From: Eubacteriales bacterium | Lineage (GTDB): Bacteria; Bacillota; Clostridia; Oscillospirales; CAG-382 | DNA length: 51,537 nucleotides | Direction: 5' to 3' | Assembly: GCA_045636665.1 (NCBI GenBank) | Contig: JAZTXY010000098.1 | Coordinates: 1-51,537, forward strand | Part shown: in pieces, positions 45,958 to 51,537 of the stretch | Numbering within the stretch: the first letter of the stretch is position 1 | How the letters are laid out: each line of letters starts with the position of its first letter | Position numbers and translations under genes: made by a program | Notes under the pieces: model-generated | Told to the model about the DNA's origin: nothing | The model's database searches: none | The model's input: only the letters and a program-made list of their open reading frames with translations

Positions 45958-46584
45958 GTGAAGCACAACTGCGTTATGAAGTCCACCCTCGGACGACTGC
46001 CGATATATTTACAGTATCTAAAGGGACTTGATACGACCGAATATGCAAACGTTTCGGCAACGGTCATTGCGAAGGCGCTGGGACTCGGAGAGGTTCAGGT
46101 CAGAAAAGACCTCAGTGCCGTAAGCGGTGCGGGCAGACCTAAGCTCGGATACGATACATCCGCATTGATCAACACGCTTGAAGAAGCACTCGGTCAAAAC
46201 TCGGTCAGCGAGGCAATCATCGTAGGCGCAGGAAGATTGGGCAACGCATTGCTCGGCTACAACGGATTTTGCAATTACGGTTTAAGAATCGCGGCGGCCT
46301 TCGATATAAGCTGTGAAGATTTATACACGACCGAAAACGGCGCTAATATTTACCCGTTGAGCGAGCTTGAAGAATACTGCAAGCGCGAAAAGGTTAAGAT
46401 TGGTATCATTACCGTTCCGAAAGAAGCGGCACAGAATATTTGTGATCGATTGGTCGGTTGCGGAGTTACGGCAATTTGGAATTTCGCGCCTTGCAATCTC
46501 GACGTGCCCGAAAACATCATTTTACAGCACGAAAATCTTGCGCTTTCTCTTGCACATTTAAAGCTGCAGATGGACTGCAAATAA
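45958..46584 (+). CDS. rex: Redox-sensing repressor Rex
   Basis: RLPIY, QVRKDLS, GY, IVGAGRLGNAL, IWNFAP; GTG start after AAGGAGGT. Confidence 0.93.
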   Translation: MKHNCVMKSTLGRLPIYLQYLKGLDTTEYANVSATVIAKALGLGEVQVRKDLSAVSGAGRPKLGYDTSALINTLEEALGQNSVSEAIIVGAGRLGNALLGYNGFCNYGLRIAAAFDISCEDLYTTENGANIYPLSELEEYCKREKVKIGIITVPKEAAQNICDRLVGCGVTAIWNFAPCNLDVPENIILQHENLALSLAHLKLQMDCK

Positions 46585-46653
46585 ACCCGTTAAAAAAACA
46601 TTCTCATAAATTAAGAGCCGAATTTCAAAAACGCGGCAAAAAAGGAGCAAAAC

Positions 46654-47598
46654 ATGACAAAAATCACCATTATCGGTACCGGCAGTGTTGGTTCGACCAT
46701 TGCGTACACCCTTACCGTACAAGGTATGGCGTCCGAAATCGTTATGATCGACATCAACGGCGAAAAAGCTATGGGCGAAGCGCTTGACATCCGTCAAGGT
46801 ACACCCTTCTGTCATCCCTGCACAATTTACGCAGGCAGTTATTCCGATGCAGTCGGTTCGGATATCGTTATCCTTACCTCAGGCGTTGCAAGAAAGCCCG
46901 GTCAGACACGTCTTGATCTCGCGCAGGTAAACGTTAACATCACCAAGCAGATCATTCCGGAGATCACAAAGTACGCCCCCGACGCTACCTACGTTATCGT
47001 AAGTAATCCGGTTGATATTCTTACTTACACATTCTGTAAGTACTCCGGTCTTCCCTATGACCGCGTTATCGGTTCGGGTACCATCCTCGATACGTCGCGT
47101 CTCCGTTCGAGAATTTCGGAATATTATTCGGTCAACCAACAGAACGTTCACGCTTACGTTCTCGGTGAACACGGCGACAGCTGCTTTATTCCTTGGTCGC
47201 TTGCAAACATCTCGAACGTTCCCGTTAAGGATTACCGCAATTCCTTGCTCGGCACTCACGGTGTATATCCCGATTTTGATGAAAACGAAATTGAAGAATA
47301 CGTTCGCAAATCCGGCGCAAGCGTAATTTCACGCAAGGGCGCGACCTTCTATGCAGTTTCTATTTCGGTTTGCAGAGTTGTCAAGGCACTTCTTTCGGGT
47401 ATCGACACAACTCTTACCGTTTCCACCATGCTTGAAGGCGAATACGGAATCGATGACGTTTGTCTTTCCTTGCTTAACATCGTCGGCAACAAGGGTACAC
47501 ACGGCAAGGTTCTTCTTCCTCTTAACGACAAAGAAATTAAAGCGCTTCACAACAGTGCTGACGCGCTTAAGAGCGTAATAAATGCTATTGAACTTTAA
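46654..47598 (+). CDS. mdh: LDH-like malate dehydrogenase (LDH/MDH family, Arg102)
   Basis: GTGSVG, ARKPGQTRLDL (Arg at the specificity position), VSNPVD, LDTSR, LGEHGD; adjacent to fumC. Confidence 0.75.
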   Translation: MTKITIIGTGSVGSTIAYTLTVQGMASEIVMIDINGEKAMGEALDIRQGTPFCHPCTIYAGSYSDAVGSDIVILTSGVARKPGQTRLDLAQVNVNITKQIIPEITKYAPDATYVIVSNPVDILTYTFCKYSGLPYDRVIGSGTILDTSRLRSRISEYYSVNQQNVHAYVLGEHGDSCFIPWSLANISNVPVKDYRNSLLGTHGVYPDFDENEIEEYVRKSGASVISRKGATFYAVSISVCRVVKALLSGIDTTLTVSTMLEGEYGIDDVCLSLLNIVGNKGTHGKVLLPLNDKEIKALHNSADALKSVINAIEL

Positions 47599-47617
47599 TG
47601 AAGGGAAAATGATTGAA

Positions 47618-48994
47618 ATGGAATACCGTATTGAACATGACTCGATGGGCGAAATGAAGGTGCCCGCAGACAGACTTTGGGCGGCTCAAACTCAAAGAAG
47701 CCGCGAAAACTTTGAAATCGGCGTTGGTATTGAAACCATGCCCGCTGAAATCATCCACGCGTTCGGCGTACTCAAAAAGGCGGCAGCTATTACCAACAAC
47801 TACCTTAAGCCCGAAAAGATGACCGATGAAAAGCTCGGTGCATTGAAGCAAGCTTGCGACGAGGTTATGTCGGGTGAGCTTAACGGCCACTTCCCTCTCG
47901 TTGTATGGCAAACCGGTTCCGGTACTCAGTCGAATATGAACTCTAACGAGGTTATCGCAAACCGTTCCAACCAGATTCTCGGTAAAAAGCTTCTTCACCC
48001 CAACGATGACGTTAATATGAGCCAGTCCTCCAACGATACCTTCCCCACCGCAATGCATATCGCGGCTGTTATCGCGCTTGAAGATAAGCTCATCCCCGCA
48101 GTTGAAGAGCTTATCGCAACATTTATCCGTCTTGAAGCAGAAAACGAAGGCATCGTTAAGAGCGGCAGAACCCACCTTCAAGATGCAACCCCCATCACCT
48201 TCACCCAAGAAATCAGCGGTTGGAGAAGCAGCTTGCAAAAGGACGTTGAGCTTATCAAGCGTTCTATCGAACCCCTTCACGAGCTTGCACTCGGCGGCAC
48301 TGCAGTAGGTACCGGCCTTAACGCACCCAAGGGCTTTGCCGAAAGAGTTGCTCAGGAAGTTAGCAACATCACCGGTAAAAACTTCGTTACCGCTGAAAAT
48401 AAATTCCACGCACTTACCTCCAAGGACGAGCTTGTTTTCGCACACGGTGCAATCAAAGCACTTGCTTGCGATATGATGAAGATCGCAAACGACATCCGTT
48501 GGCTCGCTTCGGGTCCCAGAGACGGTTTGGGAGAAATTTTCATTCCCGAAAACGAACCCGGCTCCTCCATTATGCCCGGTAAGGTTAACCCCACTCAATG
48601 CGAAGCCGTTACCATGGTTGCAGTTCAGGTTATGGGTAACGACGTTGCAGTAAGCATGGCTGCATCTCAGGGCAACTTCGAGCTTAACGTATTTATGCCC
48701 GTTTGCATTTACAACTTCCTTCAGTCTGCAAGACTTCTTGCAGAAGCTATCATTTCCTTCAACAGAAAGTGCGCAATCGGCATTACCGCTAACAAGGAAA
48801 AGATGCATCACAACCTTCACAACTCTCTTATGCTCGTTACCGCTCTTAACCCCTATATCGGTTATGAAAATGCGGCAAAGACTGCTAAGAAGGCATACAA
48901 AGACAATATTTCGCTTAAGGAAGCTTGCGTAGAGCTCGGTTTCCTTACTGCTGAACGCTTTGACGAAGTGTTCCATCCCGAACAGATGGTTTAA
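47618..48994 (+). CDS. fumC: Class II fumarate hydratase
   Basis: RIEHDSMG, WQTGSGTQSNMN, SQSSNDTFPT, GRTHLQDA, GSSIMPGKVNPTQCE. Confidence 0.97.
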   Translation: MEYRIEHDSMGEMKVPADRLWAAQTQRSRENFEIGVGIETMPAEIIHAFGVLKKAAAITNNYLKPEKMTDEKLGALKQACDEVMSGELNGHFPLVVWQTGSGTQSNMNSNEVIANRSNQILGKKLLHPNDDVNMSQSSNDTFPTAMHIAAVIALEDKLIPAVEELIATFIRLEAENEGIVKSGRTHLQDATPITFTQEISGWRSSLQKDVELIKRSIEPLHELALGGTAVGTGLNAPKGFAERVAQEVSNITGKNFVTAENKFHALTSKDELVFAHGAIKALACDMMKIANDIRWLASGPRDGLGEIFIPENEPGSSIMPGKVNPTQCEAVTMVAVQVMGNDVAVSMAASQGNFELNVFMPVCIYNFLQSARLLAEAIISFNRKCAIGITANKEKMHHNLHNSLMLVTALNPYIGYENAAKTAKKAYKDNISLKEACVELGFLTAERFDEVFHPEQMV

Positions 48995-49022
48995 TTTAAA
49001 TTCTAAATCGGAGGTATAACAG

Positions 49023-49811
49023 ATGAAATTCAGTTATTTCCCCGGGTGCACTCTTAAGAACAAGGCAAAGGATCTTGATAATTATGCAAGAAAATGCGCC
49101 GAGGTTCTTGGTGTTACTTTGGAAGAGATCGAAAATTGGCAGTGCTGCGGCGGCGTTTTCACTACCGCTAAGGACGAGGTTGCCACAAAGCTTTCTTCGG
49201 TTCGTATCCTTAAGGATTCGTTGAAGAAGGAACAAGCGCTCGTTACCGTTTGTTCGGCTTGCCACAACGTTGTTAAGCAGACCAACTACGCGATGCAAAA
49301 CGACAAGGAATTCGCTGGCAAGGTCAACCGCTATATGGCGGAAGACGAATACAACGGCGAAACCGAAATTTACCACTATCTTGAGCTTATCCGCGACGTT
49401 ATCGGATATGACAAGGTTAAGGAATGCACCGTTAACCCCTTGACGGGCAAGAAGATCGCGGCTTATTACGGATGCCTTTTGCTCCGTCCCAATTCGGTAA
49501 TGCGTATGGACGATCCCGAAAATCCCTCGATTATCGAAGATCTTATTCGCGCTATCGGTGCGGAAGCGGTTGTTTATCCCTACCGTAACGAATGCTGCGG
49601 CGGTTACGTTAGATTGGCAGATGCAAAGCTTTCCGATAAGAAGAGCAATGCGGTTTCCGAAAGTGCAAAGAAGGCTGGCGCAGACGTTATCGTTACCGCA
49701 TGTCCCCTTTGCAAATACAATCTTGAAAAGAGCGGCTGTGAAATTCCCGTTGTTTATATTACCGAGCTTCTCGCTGAAGCGCTCGGCGTAAAGGAGGATA
49801 CAAATGAGTAA
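49023..49811 (+). CDS. hdrB: Heterodisulfide reductase subunit B-like (CCG domains)
   Basis: YFPGC, WQCCGG, VCSACH, YYGCLLLRP, CCGG, TACPLC. Confidence 0.9.
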   Translation: MKFSYFPGCTLKNKAKDLDNYARKCAEVLGVTLEEIENWQCCGGVFTTAKDEVATKLSSVRILKDSLKKEQALVTVCSACHNVVKQTNYAMQNDKEFAGKVNRYMAEDEYNGETEIYHYLELIRDVIGYDKVKECTVNPLTGKKIAAYYGCLLLRPNSVMRMDDPENPSIIEDLIRAIGAEAVVYPYRNECCGGYVRLADAKLSDKKSNAVSESAKKAGADVIVTACPLCKYNLEKSGCEIPVVYITELLAEALGVKEDTNE

Positions 49812-50196
49812 CAGCAAAAAGTATCTTCAGGAAGAATTGATCCGTATCAGCGGAGTAAACCCCAAAAAGTGTATGCGTTGCGGCAAATGCACCGCTACCT
49901 GCCCCGCTTATGACGAGATGGAATATCATCCTCATCAATTCGTTTATATGATTGAAAGCGGCGATATCGAGCCGTTGCTCGAATCCGAATCGCTTTATAA
50001 ATGCCTTACCTGCTTTGCTTGTGTTGAAAGATGCCCCAGAAGCGTTGAACCTGCAAAGCTTGTTGAAGCAGTACGTCTTGCCGCTATCCGCAAGCAAGGC
50101 AATAACAGACTCACCGCAAACGATATTCCCGAGCTTATCGACGAAGATATGCCTCAGCAGGCGATCGTTTCGGCATTCAGAAAGTACACTAAGTAA
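49804..50196 (+). CDS. hdrC: Heterodisulfide reductase subunit C-like 2x[4Fe-4S] protein
   Basis: CMRCGKCTATCP and CLTCFACVERCP. Confidence 0.9.
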   Translation: MSNSKKYLQEELIRISGVNPKKCMRCGKCTATCPAYDEMEYHPHQFVYMIESGDIEPLLESESLYKCLTCFACVERCPRSVEPAKLVEAVRLAAIRKQGNNRLTANDIPELIDEDMPQQAIVSAFRKYTK

Positions 50197-50211
50197 GGAG
50201 GAAAAGACGAA

Positions 50212-51537
50212 ATGCAAAGAATTGGTGTTTTCGTATGTTGGTGCGGTACCAACATTGCAGGTACCGTTGACGTTGTCGCGGTTGCCGAAGCATTAAAGAA
50301 AGAACCCGGTGTTGTCTTTTCCGACAATTACCAATATATGTGCTCGCAAGCAGGTCAGGACCTTATCAAGGCCGCTGTTAAGGAGCACAACCTTACCGGT
50401 ATAGTAGTTTGCTCCTGCTCTCCCCGTATGCACGAAGCAACCTTCCGCAAGACTGCGGCGGCTGCAGGACTTAACCCCTATATGGTAGAAATCGCAAACA
50501 TCCCCGAACAGTGCTCTTGGGTACATAAGGATATGCTTACCGGTACCGAAAAGGCAATCATTCTCGGTAAAGCGGCTGTTGCAAAGGTTAATTTGAACGT
50601 TCCTCTTACCCCCGGTGAATCGCCCGTTACCAAACGCGCTTTGGTTATCGGCGGCGGTATCGCAGGTATTCAAACCGCGCTTGACATTGCAGACGCAGGC
50701 TTTGAAGTTGATATCGTTGAAAAGAAGCCCACTATCGGCGGTAAGATGGCTCAGCTTGATAAAACCTTCCCCACCCTTGACTGTGCTGCTTGTATCCTTA
50801 CCCCCAAGATGGTTGACGTTGCTCAAAACGAAAAGATCCGTATCTTCTCTTACAGCGAAGTAACCGAGGTTAAGGGCTTTGTAGGTAACTTTGACGTTAC
50901 TATTAAAAAGAAGGCAAGATACGTTAAGGAAGAGCTTTGTACCGGTTGCGGCGCTTGTACCGAAAAGTGTCCCATGAAGAAGGTTCCCAACGATTTCAAC
51001 CTTAACATGGATACCAAGCGCGCAATTTACATTCCCTTTGCACAAGCAGTACCTAAGGTTGCAACTATTGATGCAGACTACTGTAATATGCTTAAGAACG
51101 GCAAGTGCGGCGTTTGCTCGAAGGTTTGCGCGGCAGGTGCTATCGATTACACTCAAAAAGACGAATTCATCTCGGAAAAATACGGCGCTATCGTTGTAGC
51201 AACCGGCTTCAACCCCATCAGCATGGACAAGTTTGATGAATTTGCATACAACCAATCGAAAGACGTTATTACCTCTCTTGAATTCGAGCGACTTACCAAC
51301 GCGGCAGGACCTACCGCAGGTAAGCTTCTCCGTCCTTCCGACGGAAAGCATCCCGAAAAGATCGTTTTCGTACAGTGTGTAGGCTCACGTTGTGCTGCTC
51401 ATGCAGAAAAGGGCAAGGAGTATTGCTCAAAGATCTGCTGTATGTACACAGCAAAGCACGCAATGCTTATAAGAGATAAATATCCCGTCACAGAGGTTTA
51501 CGTATTCTATATAGATGTAAGAACTCCCGGTAAGAAC
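50212..51537 (+). CDS. hdrA: Heterodisulfide reductase subunit A (partial; absent from the ORF track)
   Basis: Manual translation MQRIGVFVCWCGTNI, CSCSPRMHE, QCSWVH, VIGGGIAG, LDKTFPTLDCAACIL, CTGCGACTEKCP, QCVGSR, YCSKICC; open to the window end; RBS AAGGAGG. Confidence 0.96.
   Translation, partial: MQRIGVFVCWCGTNIAGTVDVVAVAEALKKEPGVVFSDNYQYMCSQAGQDLIKAAVKEHNLTGIVVCSCSPRMHEATFRKTAAAAGLNPYMVEIANIPEQCSWVHKDMLTGTEKAIILGKAAVAKVNLNVPLTPGESPVTKRALVIGGGIAGIQTALDIADAGFEVDIVEKKPTIGGKMAQLDKTFPTLDCAACILTPKMVDVAQNEKIRIFSYSEVTEVKGFVGNFDVTIKKKARYVKEELCTGCGACTEKCPMKKVPNDFNLNMDTKRAIYIPFAQAVPKVATIDADYCNMLKNGKCGVCSKVCAAGAIDYTQKDEFISEKYGAIVVATGFNPISMDKFDEFAYNQSKDVITSLEFERLTNAAGPTAGKLLRPSDGKHPEKIVFVQCVGSRCAAHAEKGKEYCSKICCMYTAKHAMLIRDKYPVTEVYVFYIDVRTPGKN

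Noticed and set aside
47585..51351. Long minus-strand ORFs (463, 273, 152 and 352 aa)
   Set aside because: Antisense shadows of fumC, hdrB, hdrC and hdrA caused by codon bias.

Overview
Chromosomal segment of an anaerobic Bacillota (Clostridia; Oscillospirales-like by gene content and order, inferred, not searched). In order: the conserved priA-def-fmt-rsmB-rlmN-stp-prkC-rsgA operon ending in a pssA-like gene; a G5/M23 peptidase; ilvE; tRNA-Thr(CGT); a CPBP protease; an atypical tRNA-Leu(CAA) followed by a 1.2 kb islet (multi-hairpin palindromic element, MazG-like gene, transglutaminase-like gene) bounded by two look-alike hairpins; cca; a GHL10 lipoprotein; an XRE regulator; a surface GH20 enzyme; a BlaI/BlaR1-like pair with a non-PBP sensor; an O2-defence cluster (class F flavodiiron protein, desulfoferrodoxin, rubredoxin, BFD-like protein, ZIP transporter); an extended ECF sigma factor; a shikimate/chorismate operon; citrate synthase; and rex-mdh-fumC-hdrBCA (cut off by the window end). 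Most notable observations: (1) the tRNA-anchored palindromic islet; (2) the aro operon, where tyrA and the prephenate dehydratase half of pheA survive only as stubs, leaving a frameshifted chorismate mutase-AroB fusion behind a Phe/Tyr leader-peptide attenuator; (3) a malate/fumarate module joined to heterodisulfide reductase genes. All calls come from reading motifs by eye; no database searches were run.
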